DNA of 64,000 bases from IMG/VR virus record IMGVR_UViG_3300038465_000158, positions 32,686-96,685 of that record, one strand, 5' to 3'. The notes beneath the pieces are model-generated. The model was given only the letters and a program-made list of their open reading frames with translations. It had not been told where the DNA came from and did not search any database. The position numbers were made by a program, and so were the translations under genes. Positions 1 to 9,366 of this stretch are shown in pieces (within the stretch, counting starts at the first letter, position 1; the number at the start of each line of letters is the position of its first letter). This DNA comes from a virus.

Positions 1-1566
1 ACTTCTCAGTTTGGTCTTTTCCTCACTGAAGGTGCCAACCCCGGCTACAGCGCCCTCGTCGGCGAACTCAACTCCTTGCTGTCTTCCGAACTTGGAAAGA
101 ACATCACGTTGTCGAGTCCGTTGTCGTCCGGCTTTGTTCCGTTCGACCTCGTTGCGCCGTCGCGACTCATCTACCCGGTGTACTCGCCTCTCCGCAACAA
201 GGTTCCGCGTGTCGCTGGTCAGGGTACTTCGCACCGTGCGAAGCTGGTCACCGGCGTTTCCGGTTCGCAGACTGGTGTTGCGACCCAACGTATCTCGATT
301 TCTGAGATTCCGAACGGTCAAAGCATCAACGGCAACTGGCCGCTGAACCTTCCGGCTGCTGGCGCTCAGCAAGCCGTCGACATGAACATTCCTTACAAGT
401 TCTTCGGTCTGAGTGAGTCGCTGTCTTGGCTCGCGCAGTTTGCCGGTCAGGGCTTCGAGGACATCTCTGCACTCGCCAACTTGGTGTTGCTGCAGGAGTT
501 CATGCTCGGCGAGGAGTACACCTTGCTGTCGGGTACGAGCGCCGCTTTGACGGCGCCTGCCACACCGACGCTTGCCAAGCGAACTGCAACTTCGGGTGAG
601 GTCGCGCTTTCCGGCCTCGGTTCGAATGACCTGTTCGTTCTTGTCACCGCTCTCAACTACTTTGGTGAGACCACGGTGACCGGTACGGCTGCGTTGGTCG
701 CCTCTGCCAATGGTGACGTCGTTGACGTTACCATTGCTCCAGTCAACGGCGCGTACAACTACAACATCTACATCGGTCAAGCTGCTTCAGTGCAGCCCGC
801 GAACACGGCCTTCTGGCTGATGGCCGCCGGTGTCGGTGCCACGACGTTTACGCTTCAGGGTGCAGTTCCGACTTCTGGAACCAACCCTCCCGTTGCTGAC
901 ACGGGCACCTCTTCGGCCAACGACTACGAGGGCTGGCTCTCGATTGTTGACGGTCACGCAGGTGGTAAGGCTGGTGGCGCAAGCGTTTACCCAACCGGTT
1001 TCACTGGTTCGTACATCAACAAGTCCGTTGGCGCGACCCTTTCTCACACTGTTCTCTTCAACGCGTTGTCTGCGATGTGGAACGGTAAGGGAACTGGTAA
1101 CTCGTCGACGACTGGTGGATTCCGTGCGGACCCAGCGGAATTGGTCGTGGAAGGTTCGGACAGCTCACGTCTGGCTGAGGAAGTCATCGCAGCCGGTGGA
1201 GCAACGAACTACCGCTTGTTCCTGACTCAGAATGACATCGGTAGCATCACGACCGGTGGCGCAGTTTCTGAGATTCAGAACCCCATCACCCGCAGCATCG
1301 TCCGCATCGTCGTTCACCCCTGGTTGACTCAGGGCACGGCGTTCCTGAACTCCTACACGCTCCCGATGTCTTGGTCGAATGTGACCAACGTCTGGGAGAA
1401 CGTGATGGTTCAGGACTACCTGTCCATCAACTGGCCGGTGATTGACGCGTCGTTCCGTTACAGCATCTACATGTACGGAGCGCTCGTCAACTACGCCCCG
1501 CAGTACAACGGCGTTCTTCAGGGTCTTCAGCAGACTGTTGCTGGTACCACGGGGACGAACTCCTAG
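1..1566 (+). CDS. Major capsid protein, 5'-truncated, with an inserted Ig/FN3-like domain
   Basis: Frame is open from base 1 (TSQFGLFLTEGANPG...ELGKNITLSSP). HK97-like N-terminal features (FVPFDL..P..LIYP..SPLRN.VPR; EE..LL.G), IVVHPWL near the C-terminus, and a central T/A-rich beta insertion. Followed by a strong terminator and head-tail genes. Confidence 0.85.
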   Translation, partial: TSQFGLFLTEGANPGYSALVGELNSLLSSELGKNITLSSPLSSGFVPFDLVAPSRLIYPVYSPLRNKVPRVAGQGTSHRAKLVTGVSGSQTGVATQRISISEIPNGQSINGNWPLNLPAAGAQQAVDMNIPYKFFGLSESLSWLAQFAGQGFEDISALANLVLLQEFMLGEEYTLLSGTSAALTAPATPTLAKRTATSGEVALSGLGSNDLFVLVTALNYFGETTVTGTAALVASANGDVVDVTIAPVNGAYNYNIYIGQAASVQPANTAFWLMAAGVGATTFTLQGAVPTSGTNPPVADTGTSSANDYEGWLSIVDGHAGGKAGGASVYPTGFTGSYINKSVGATLSHTVLFNALSAMWNGKGTGNSSTTGGFRADPAELVVEGSDSSRLAEEVIAAGGATNYRLFLTQNDIGSITTGGAVSEIQNPITRSIVRIVVHPWLTQGTAFLNSYTLPMSWSNVTNVWENVMVQDYLSINWPVIDASFRYSIYMYGALVNYAPQYNGVLQGLQQTVAGTTGTNS

Positions 1567-1586
1567 TACCCCCTAGGAAACAATGG

Positions 1587-1620
1587 AATGGCGCTGACGA
1601 AAGTCAGCGCCATTTCCTTT
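1587..1620 (+). terminator. Intrinsic terminator after the capsid gene
   Basis: 12-bp stem AATGGCGCTGAC-GAAA-GTCAGCGCCATT followed by TCCTTT. Confidence 0.8.
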
Positions 1621-1633
1621 GTATAATTGCACT

Positions 1634-1918
1634 ATGAGTTCCATCACTGTCCCACCGGGTTGCATGGGAGTCGAACTTCCTAACGGCAAAAAGTTGGACG
1701 CGACGAGAAGCGGTACTGTCGTATTGGACAGTCCTGCAGAGGAACGAGCAGCGATGAAGTCGTCTCTAGCGACGGCAGGAGTCATCACTCGCCAAACGCT
1801 TGGCTTCAGCCACATTAAAGAAGGGACCGCAATTTGCACCAAATGTCCTTTTACTGGCTGGTCATGGCAAAAGGTCTGCCCTAAATGCGGCGGAAAAATG
1901 ACAACGGAGACACAATGA
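1634..1918 (+). CDS. Small protein with C-terminal Zn ribbon
   Basis: CTKC...CPKC motif; ATG at 1634 lies just downstream of TATAAT (possible leaderless start). Confidence 0.65.
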   Translation: MSSITVPPGCMGVELPNGKKLDATRSGTVVLDSPAEERAAMKSSLATAGVITRQTLGFSHIKEGTAICTKCPFTGWSWQKVCPKCGGKMTTETQ

Positions 1919-2238
1919 CGGTATACGGACAGAGTGACGTAAACGAAGTGACAGTTGGTGGCGCTGGCCATTCGCATGTCAGGGCGAAGAACGAAGCTCA
2001 CATGAAGGTCGATTGCGCGGTTTGTGAACCCAAACTTCGCGAGATGGGTTGGGTCGGTGACCCACGGCAAATTCCTCTCACGTACGATGAAAGACTCGAT
2101 GCTGAAAACGCGGAACGCGAGATGAATCAGTACACGCGAGAAGAAGTTGTAGCACGAGCACGCGAAGCTGCTGCGGCAGTTCGTTCACCAGGACGTCCGG
2201 CTAGGGGCAAGGGCGCGCAAGGTGGGGCAGCCGGGTAA
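1915..2238 (+). CDS. Hypothetical protein (H-x-H...CxxC)
   Basis: ATGA overlap with the upstream gene. Confidence 0.65.
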   Translation: MTVYGQSDVNEVTVGGAGHSHVRAKNEAHMKVDCAVCEPKLREMGWVGDPRQIPLTYDERLDAENAEREMNQYTREEVVARAREAAAAVRSPGRPARGKGAQGGAAG

Positions 2239-2434
2239 GAAGTGCACGGCTTGTTCCAAGCCGGGCAGATTTGTTACAGGATACTGCGGTTCCTGCAACG
2301 CTGCATGTTGTGAAAAGCATTTGAAATGGTCGACTGAAGAAGCAGAGTGGCGTTGTCCACGGTGCTTACGAGATGAGAAGACGCGAAAGAAGCAAGTGAG
2401 CACAGGGATAGGTTTATCGCCACACCTTACGTAA
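2222..2434 (+). CDS. Cys-rich zinc-finger protein
   Basis: CTAC..CGSC..CCEKH..CPRC; fills the gap in the operon. Confidence 0.55.
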   Translation: MGQPGKKCTACSKPGRFVTGYCGSCNAACCEKHLKWSTEEAEWRCPRCLRDEKTRKKQVSTGIGLSPHLT

Positions 2435-3330
2435 CTCCAGAGATTCTCATCAATGCTCCAACTGGAATCTCCTGGAGCACAATCCCTGATTTCGATTCGG
2501 ACCCTGATGCGCAACTAGCAGAACAAACAAATATGTGTTGGCGTGCATCGATGTGGATTGACGGTTATTGCAACCAACCGTTGAGGTCGACAATTGATAC
2601 TGAGGAATTTCTTGCTCCGAACTATCGAGTGACAATCGACAATAACGGTCTCGTTCGAGTACTTGTCTCGCGGTGGCCAGTCACGCAAATCATCGGAGCG
2701 CAGTACACTTCGTCACTCTCTGCTGGGCCGACTTGGTCGCCTATTCCTCTCAATGCAATGTACATAGAAGAGGGACTGACAATCTCTGGTGGCATCTCAA
2801 TCGAGTCCGCGGCTGGTTCTGCCGCAATTGACATCACTCCTGGTTACATTTCGTGGTTCAATGGGCGTCGCGGCATTCGACTTCAACTCACGTACGTCAA
2901 CGGTTGGAGTCATGCTGGTATCGTCAACTCGGTTGACATCGGAGCGACGTCGTTACTTGTCGATGACTGCACTGGCATGACGTCTGCTGACGCTGGTCGA
3001 GGCATGTGGATTTATGACGGCAACGCAACTGAATTCGTTGCTGTCACCGCAGTGAGTGAAACATCTGGGCCTGGAACTGCGACACTCGCTTCTCCAGGAA
3101 CTGTCTATCCGCACAATGGAAATGCATCTCAGCCAATTGTCATCTCTGCTCTCCCCGCTTCAATTCAGCAGGCAGCAATTCTCCATTGCTCGATGCAAGC
3201 ACTTGTTCGTGGAGCTACAGCGACGACCGTTCAGAATCAACCTGGTTCGACGCAAAACACTGGTGACCCTGGTACAGGAATTCTCAAAGACATCAAAGAC
3301 ATTTTGATGCCGTACCGTCGAGTCATCTAG
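2416..3330 (+). CDS. Head-to-tail adaptor (probable ATC start at 2416; first ATG at 2533)
   Basis: Frame open upstream of 2533 encodes ATPYVTPEILINAPTGISW; C-terminal LPASIQQAAI...ILMPYRRV is typical of adaptors. Confidence 0.7.
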   Translation: MATPYVTPEILINAPTGISWSTIPDFDSDPDAQLAEQTNMCWRASMWIDGYCNQPLRSTIDTEEFLAPNYRVTIDNNGLVRVLVSRWPVTQIIGAQYTSSLSAGPTWSPIPLNAMYIEEGLTISGGISIESAAGSAAIDITPGYISWFNGRRGIRLQLTYVNGWSHAGIVNSVDIGATSLLVDDCTGMTSADAGRGMWIYDGNATEFVAVTAVSETSGPGTATLASPGTVYPHNGNASQPIVISALPASIQQAAILHCSMQALVRGATATTVQNQPGSTQNTGDPGTGILKDIKDILMPYRRVI

Positions 3331-3809
3331 TGGGAGTCAATACTGTCCAACTGAAGGCACAAAGTCTTATTGACGGACTTGAAGCACCGTTGAACAAATC
3401 GCCGCTAGTAGTCTACATCTCTCCGCCGAATCCAGGTGAACTCAAAGGGCCAGCAGCGTACATTTGGGCGACTATCGGTGATAACCAACGGCGGACTGCT
3501 TCACGAGGCCCAGGATTCCGCAAGACGATATGGACAGTGTCCACATGGTTGATGTCACCAGGAAGCGCGACGAGTAAAGACCGCGACCAAGCATTTGCTT
3601 GTCTTATTGATGCTGTCATCGAAGCATGGGTGACCGCAGAGATGCCAGTGACTGTGATTGATCCGCAGACTGGTAGAAAAATTCAGCAAGTGGCTATCGG
3701 TGAGAAGTTCACCGTCAATCAGTCGCCTGTCCATGCGCTTCAAGACCAACGACTTTTTCTTTACGAATGTCTTCTTGAATTTCAAATCGAAGAATCGTCG
3801 ACACCATAA
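3330..3809 (+). CDS. Head-tail joining / tail terminator-like protein
   Basis: Size and position between adaptor and tail tube; coupled start/stop. Confidence 0.55.
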   Translation: MGVNTVQLKAQSLIDGLEAPLNKSPLVVYISPPNPGELKGPAAYIWATIGDNQRRTASRGPGFRKTIWTVSTWLMSPGSATSKDRDQAFACLIDAVIEAWVTAEMPVTVIDPQTGRKIQQVAIGEKFTVNQSPVHALQDQRLFLYECLLEFQIEESSTP

Positions 3810-4273
3810 TGGCGAATGTCGGCGACACGTTCAATACTCGTGTCGAGGGGGTCGAACGTATACGGTTCGAGTGGCAAGTTACTCAACGACGCGCTGCCGC
3901 AAAAATCATTCCGATTGCGCTACTCGAACTGAAGCGAGCAGCGCCAGTTAGCAGCACAAAACCTGACGCTGGACGGTTCAAGCACTCAATTGGATTTCGA
4001 GTGATGTCCCTTGGTGGATTGTTCAGTCTCAATTTCGTCTCTACAGCCCCGTACGCAAAGTATGTTCTCGAACCAACAGCAGGAGGCGCGAACATCGAAC
4101 CGCAGAATACTTTAGCATTGCGCTGGAAGAATGGAGTCGGCGATTACGTTTTTGCTAGTTCTGTCATTCGCGGCTCGACTCGAGGGAATGATTTCAATAA
4201 GCGAGTCGCGGCAAAATTGGAACCAGTGATTATGGAAGCTTTCAAAAGTTCAATCACAATCATCACAACCTAA
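3809..4273 (+). CDS. HK97 gp10-like neck protein
   Basis: APV...GRFKHSI...STAPYAKYVLE...LALRW pattern; position. Confidence 0.6.
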   Translation: MANVGDTFNTRVEGVERIRFEWQVTQRRAAAKIIPIALLELKRAAPVSSTKPDAGRFKHSIGFRVMSLGGLFSLNFVSTAPYAKYVLEPTAGGANIEPQNTLALRWKNGVGDYVFASSVIRGSTRGNDFNKRVAAKLEPVIMEAFKSSITIITT

Positions 4274-4290
4274 TGAGGTAATATCTACAC

Positions 4291-4575
4291 ATGGCTCAAC
4301 TTCGCTACATAGGGAGTGTCGATAAGACACTGATTGATGTTGCGGCACTCACGAACGGAAAAGTCTTTGAAATTGACGATGCAACAGCAGCACGTCTTCT
4401 CAATGCTTTTCCAAATGAGTACGAAACAGTTGATGGAACCTCGGTCAAAACCAAGGCGCCGCAAAAAGAAGAAGCAACTACGCCGCCTCCTGCCAACACT
4501 TCACCAGAGGACAACGCTTCAAAGTCAACCAACGAGGATTCTGCGGATGCAACCGTCGAATCTCCAACAACGTAA
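4291..4575 (+). CDS. Hypothetical virion-module protein with disordered acidic tail
   Basis: ORF with GAGGT RBS, upstream of the tail tube gene. Confidence 0.65.
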   Translation: MAQLRYIGSVDKTLIDVAALTNGKVFEIDDATAARLLNAFPNEYETVDGTSVKTKAPQKEEATTPPPANTSPEDNASKSTNEDSADATVESPTT

Positions 4576-4588
4576 CTAAGAGAGGTTT

Positions 4589-5563
4589 CTGCCCACAACC
4601 ATCGTTGAACAGTACGGTTCGCTATCTGCAGTAGGTGTAGCAACGGAGGCCACGTTTGGCACTCCAGTCGTTCCTACATCATTTGTCCCGTTCACCGATG
4701 TCACCCTGGAAAGGGATCCTGGTGTCTTCTTTCCTCAAATCATCATGGGTGTTCGAGACGTCAATGTCTTCTCCCTTCGCGGTGAGTTTAAGAACGCAGG
4801 CGACGTCAGTGCTCCGTTCTTTCCAACCAATGGTCTGGAAATCTTGGCCGCGGCTATCGGCACAGATGTTGTCACTGGAACGAGTCCGCATTACCACCAC
4901 ACGTTCAGTCCAGCGAACGTTCTCAATTCGCTGACGGTTGAGAAAAACCTCGGTGGTTACCAGTCGCTCCAGTTCACTGGAACACGAGTCGGTAAGTACA
5001 GCATCAAGGCAACGACTGGCGACACGGAAACTGAGTTCACTGCTTCGTTCATCGGCAAGGATGCCAACGTCCTCGATACTCCTTCTTCGCCAATTACAAT
5101 CGTCAACGAGAATCCATTCGTTTTTGCTGAGGCCTCGATTACGTTATTCGGCAACCTCACGGCGCAAGTCACTGCAATCAACATCGACATCGATAACGGT
5201 TTGAAGCCGACGTATACGTTCAACCAGTCGCATGACCTTGAATTTCTGTCGCCTCTCACAAGGCACATCACTGGTTCGTTGACCGTGGTCTTTGACAGTT
5301 TGGATGATACCGACTGGGGCTACTACACCAAGATGATTGACGGTACGTACGGTGCTCTTGTCGCAGATTGGACGCATGCTGATACTGGTGCTGAGTTGAC
5401 CGTCACATTGCCAAAGATTTTCCTGACGAAGTACGCCGATGACGTGAAGATGGACAGTATCATTATGTCGACACTGGACTTTGAAGCGGTGTACGACTTG
5501 ACTGCATCTCCGCCTCACTCGATTTCGGTCCTCGTCATCAACGCAATTGCAACTGCTTACTAG
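4589..5563 (+). CDS. Major tail (tube) protein (probable CTG start at 4589; first ATG at 4745)
   Basis: In-frame upstream segment encodes GSLSAVGVATEATFGTPVVPT, a typical tail-tube N-terminus; SLTVEK and RHITGSLT motifs; precedes chaperones and tape measure. Confidence 0.8.
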   Translation: MPTTIVEQYGSLSAVGVATEATFGTPVVPTSFVPFTDVTLERDPGVFFPQIIMGVRDVNVFSLRGEFKNAGDVSAPFFPTNGLEILAAAIGTDVVTGTSPHYHHTFSPANVLNSLTVEKNLGGYQSLQFTGTRVGKYSIKATTGDTETEFTASFIGKDANVLDTPSSPITIVNENPFVFAEASITLFGNLTAQVTAINIDIDNGLKPTYTFNQSHDLEFLSPLTRHITGSLTVVFDSLDDTDWGYYTKMIDGTYGALVADWTHADTGAELTVTLPKIFLTKYADDVKMDSIIMSTLDFEAVYDLTASPPHSISVLVINAIATAY

Positions 5564-5595
5564 GACGCAAACGATATAAAGACAGAGGAAGAATC

Positions 5596-6060
5596 ATGGC
5601 AGGAAAAGGTTTCTTAGCACTATTTAACACGCCTGACCGCATTGAGGTCACGGATGACGGTGCTTTTTGGATTGACATCAAAACATCACTTACCGCGGAT
5701 GACTACGAGCATGCTCAGCGAGTTCTTTTCGGCAAGATGGCAATGAAAGGCGGCGACCTTTCAGCGACGCCAGACACAATTTCATATCAGCATGAACTCG
5801 TGTTCCGTGCGGTTGTTGACTGGAACTTGACCGACGAGGACGGCGACTTGCTTCCGCTCGAACCAGAAAAGGCCAAGCATGATTCAATCCGTCGAATCCC
5901 ACAATCGATTTTCATCGACTTGTACAACCGAGTCAATAAAGCGTCTTCGGCGCGCTCAAGTGGTGATGAGCTCCAGTTTCGTGATGACGGTTCAACAGAG
6001 TCTCCGGGGGACGAAAGTTCAACTGGAGAAGTACCCGTCGCTCCAGAAGTTTCTGATTGA
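5596..6060 (+). CDS. Tail assembly chaperone (G-like)
   Basis: Between tube and tape measure; VVDWNLTDEDG..LP motif. Confidence 0.8.
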   Translation: MAGKGFLALFNTPDRIEVTDDGAFWIDIKTSLTADDYEHAQRVLFGKMAMKGGDLSATPDTISYQHELVFRAVVDWNLTDEDGDLLPLEPEKAKHDSIRRIPQSIFIDLYNRVNKASSARSSGDELQFRDDGSTESPGDESSTGEVPVAPEVSD

Positions 6061-6217
6061 GAGCGCTCTCTACGAGCACGTCGGCTTAAACTTTGAGACT
6101 CTCAAATCTAGGCCTTTCACAGAGGTTCTTGACTACGTCACAATTGCTGATCTGATCGCGAAAGAACGAATCTATCAACAGAAGAAGCATGCTGCTGAGG
6201 CGGCGCGGAAGAAATAA
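5978..6217 (+). CDS. Tail assembly chaperone extension (T-like), +1 frame relative to the upstream chaperone
   Basis: Overlapping ORF whose stop overlaps the tape-measure ATG; candidate shift site CAG TTT CGT at 5974-5982. Confidence 0.65.
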   Translation, partial: FVMTVQQSLRGTKVQLEKYPSLQKFLIESALYEHVGLNFETLKSRPFTEVLDYVTIADLIAKERIYQQKKHAAEAARKK

Positions 6218-9200
6218 TGGCACTTCAAGACCTTACTCTTCTTATGGGTATCGAAGCCCGGGAAAATGTTGTTGGCGTTTGCCAGAGAATTTCTGATGAG
6301 GTCGAACGTGTAACTGGCCTGTTTAAGGACATGGGAGGCACCGCATCTGAGGCTGGTGACCTTATGACGACAGCCATGAGCGATCCAGAGACAACCGCTG
6401 GCATTCTCCAAGCAAGAATGACTGAACTCGCTGGAGCAACTGAACGTCTAACAATCGCAGAGAAAGAGTTTAGAGACGCGACACTCGCGGCGTCGGATAT
6501 GAGTGATGTCGACGCCACTGCACTCGATCGCCAAGCAGCCGCAACAAAAGAGTACGAGGGTGCACTTGTTGTAGCGACAAAAGCGCAACATGATGCTCGA
6601 GATGCGACTGAAAAGAATATGGCGGCGCAAGATCTTGCGAACAAGTCAACTGATGAGTCCGCCGGTTTTCTTGCAGCGGCAGGAACTAAGTTAGACAAGA
6701 TCGGTCCCGCAGCCGCTGTGGCCACTGCCGGAATCATTGGAATTGCGTATGAATCAGCTAAAGCTGCTTCTAAATTCAATGATGACATCATCACGGTTGC
6801 GAATAGCGCAAACATCTCAATGAAGGCTGCAAATAACATTGGTCAAGCATTTCTTGACATGTCGACAAAATCAATATTCACGGCGAGTGACATCACGCAG
6901 TCGTTCGGAAAAGTAGCCGGCCAACTCACCCAAGTTGCTGGTCATGCTTTGACGGTAAAGCAATCAGTTGCGTTCATGAATGTCGCAATGCAAGCGGCTG
7001 CTGCATCTGGGCAACCGCTCTCGACTATCACATCAAACCTCGCAAAGATCATGCAGCAGTACCACATCAGTTTGAAGCAAGCAGCCGCTGGCGAAACCGC
7101 GCTCTACAACGAAGGTCGACTCACTGGCCAAAACATGAATATGGTAACCCAGCAAATCACTCGTTTGAAGGGTCAGTTGGGCATTCTTGCTCCGAACATT
7201 GAGCAAACTGCCTCGTTCATGCTTGACTTGACAGATCACGGTATGAATGCTCGCCGAGCATCTCAAGCCTTGAGCAGTTCGCTGAACACGCTTTTGAAGA
7301 CGAGCCACTTGACAGTGCCGACGATGAGTGAGATGGACGCAGCGCTGAAGAAGCTTCCGCCAGATTTGCAGCAGTACGGTAAAGCACTTCTTGACGGCAA
7401 AGAGAAAGTTTCCGCATTTGACCAACAAATGAAGAATTTTGGCAAAGGTGAACTTCATGGCACCGTCATGGCGAGTTATTTGAAGTCGTTCGAGGGTCTT
7501 GCTACTCAAGCAAAGTCAAGCATCGGCACAATCAACGCGCTGAAACTCTCGCCTGTTCAAGAGGAGTTGTCGCATCTCGGAGTAAGTGTCTTCAACAGTA
7601 AGGGCAACTTCATTGGTTTGGCTGGCGTGCTCGCGAAGGTTGGTCCGAAGCTTAATGATATGCATAACAAGTCGAAAGAACTGACTGCTGCTACGATTCT
7701 GTTTGGCACTCAAGCCAAAGCACTTCTCCCGACTATTCTCGCCGGTGGAGTTGGTTACGAAAAAGCAGCAAAGGCGATCAACGATCAACGAGCAATGACA
7801 GAAGCATCACGGCGAGCGCAGAATAACTATGAAGCCGACATGAAGAAAGTCGACCATGCAATCGAGATGGTCCGCATCGAACTCGGCCAAGCATTCCTGC
7901 CTATTCTCGAAAAAGTCATGAAAGAGTTCGTCAAGATCGTCACACCGATTGCTGACTGGATTCAGAAGAACAAGAAGCTTACAGCCGAAATTCTGGTTGT
8001 CGTTGGCGGAATCACTGGTCTTATTACCGTACTTTGGGCGACGCACAAAGTGATGAGCGTCGTGAGCAACACGTTCGTTAACTTTGGAAAAGATGTTCAG
8101 AAGGCATGGACTGCCGGAGGAAAACTCGTCTCTGGCATCAAGGACATAATCACGAAGATGACCGGTCTGAAGGCGGCAAACGAAGAAGCTGCCGGAACAC
8201 AGGATGCCTTGGCTGGCTCAACTGAAGGTCTTGCTGTCGCACAAGGAGAGGGCGCCGCTGCAACAGAAGCACTCGGCGATGCATCGCTTGCCGCTGCTCC
8301 AGAAATTGATGCCGCTGGCGCTCCAGTTCTCGCAATCGTTGCTGCCATCGCACTTCTTGCGATCGCCATCTATGAGCTGGTGAAGCACTGGAAGACGGTT
8401 TGGGGCGCGATTAAAGATGTCGCAACAGCAGTATGGGATGCATTGAAGACGGCATGGAATGACTTCTGGGGCTTTCTCAAAGCAGCATGGGATACGCTCC
8501 TTAGCGTCGGTAAAGACATCTTTCATACGTTGGGTATCGGCATACTCGTCGTTCTCGGACCCATTGGCCTTATCATCATTGCAGTCAAAGAACTCGTCAC
8601 TCACTGGACGACGATCTGGCATACAGTTCTTTCAGTCTTTGACACGGTCGCATCTGGCATTTCGAAAGGCGTTCACGACATCATCAGCTTCTTCACTGGT
8701 ATGCCGTCGAAGATACTCGGTTCAATTAGCAAACTTGGGAGCATGCTTCTCAACTTTGGCGAAACGTCTGTCAAGGATATGGGCAAAGGCATTGTCGCTG
8801 GCGCAAAAGCAATTTGGGACTTCTTCACAGCACTTCCTGGCAAAATTCTCTCGCTCGCTGACGGCGTGCTCGATGATATGCTTCACTTTGGTGAGAACAT
8901 CGTGAAGCGAATTATCAGCGGCATCGAGAACCTGGCGAGCGGAATTGGTAAGGCAGTCATGGATGCCATCAAACACATTCCTGGCATTGGTGGACTTCTC
9001 GCTAAGGGACTTGGTTATGCAGGTGATGTCGTGCACGGAGCGGGTGTAGTTATCGGCGGTATAGGGCACGGAATCTCTAGTTTGTTTCATCATGACGGTG
9101 GAATCATCAACGGAACTCCTGGGTCTGACGTTCCAGCGATTCTACAAGCTGGAGAAGGGGTCTTTACACGAGGGCAGATGCGAGCGCTTGGTGGCATGGT

Positions 9201-9366
9201 GAATGCACCGAGATTCGTTATGGGCACGAGCGGAGGCGGTGACACTCACGTTCATGTTCACGTTCAAGGTGCCGTTTATGGTTCACTTGACAAGTTCGCT
9301 GGAGAACTCGGTCGGCATATCACTGGAACACTGTTGCCGCAGGCCGGCGTCAAACTGGATCACTAA
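6217..9366 (+). CDS. Tape measure protein
   Basis: 1049 aa, Ala-rich and helical; LGVSVFNSKGNFIGL (TP901-type core), W-spaced repeats, C-terminal HDGGII..PAILQAGEGV. Confidence 0.93.
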   Translation: MALQDLTLLMGIEARENVVGVCQRISDEVERVTGLFKDMGGTASEAGDLMTTAMSDPETTAGILQARMTELAGATERLTIAEKEFRDATLAASDMSDVDATALDRQAAATKEYEGALVVATKAQHDARDATEKNMAAQDLANKSTDESAGFLAAAGTKLDKIGPAAAVATAGIIGIAYESAKAASKFNDDIITVANSANISMKAANNIGQAFLDMSTKSIFTASDITQSFGKVAGQLTQVAGHALTVKQSVAFMNVAMQAAAASGQPLSTITSNLAKIMQQYHISLKQAAAGETALYNEGRLTGQNMNMVTQQITRLKGQLGILAPNIEQTASFMLDLTDHGMNARRASQALSSSLNTLLKTSHLTVPTMSEMDAALKKLPPDLQQYGKALLDGKEKVSAFDQQMKNFGKGELHGTVMASYLKSFEGLATQAKSSIGTINALKLSPVQEELSHLGVSVFNSKGNFIGLAGVLAKVGPKLNDMHNKSKELTAATILFGTQAKALLPTILAGGVGYEKAAKAINDQRAMTEASRRAQNNYEADMKKVDHAIEMVRIELGQAFLPILEKVMKEFVKIVTPIADWIQKNKKLTAEILVVVGGITGLITVLWATHKVMSVVSNTFVNFGKDVQKAWTAGGKLVSGIKDIITKMTGLKAANEEAAGTQDALAGSTEGLAVAQGEGAAATEALGDASLAAAPEIDAAGAPVLAIVAAIALLAIAIYELVKHWKTVWGAIKDVATAVWDALKTAWNDFWGFLKAAWDTLLSVGKDIFHTLGIGILVVLGPIGLIIIAVKELVTHWTTIWHTVLSVFDTVASGISKGVHDIISFFTGMPSKILGSISKLGSMLLNFGETSVKDMGKGIVAGAKAIWDFFTALPGKILSLADGVLDDMLHFGENIVKRIISGIENLASGIGKAVMDAIKHIPGIGGLLAKGLGYAGDVVHGAGVVIGGIGHGISSLFHHDGGIINGTPGSDVPAILQAGEGVFTRGQMRALGGMVNAPRFVMGTSGGGDTHVHVHVQGAVYGSLDKFAGELGRHITGTLLPQAGVKLDH

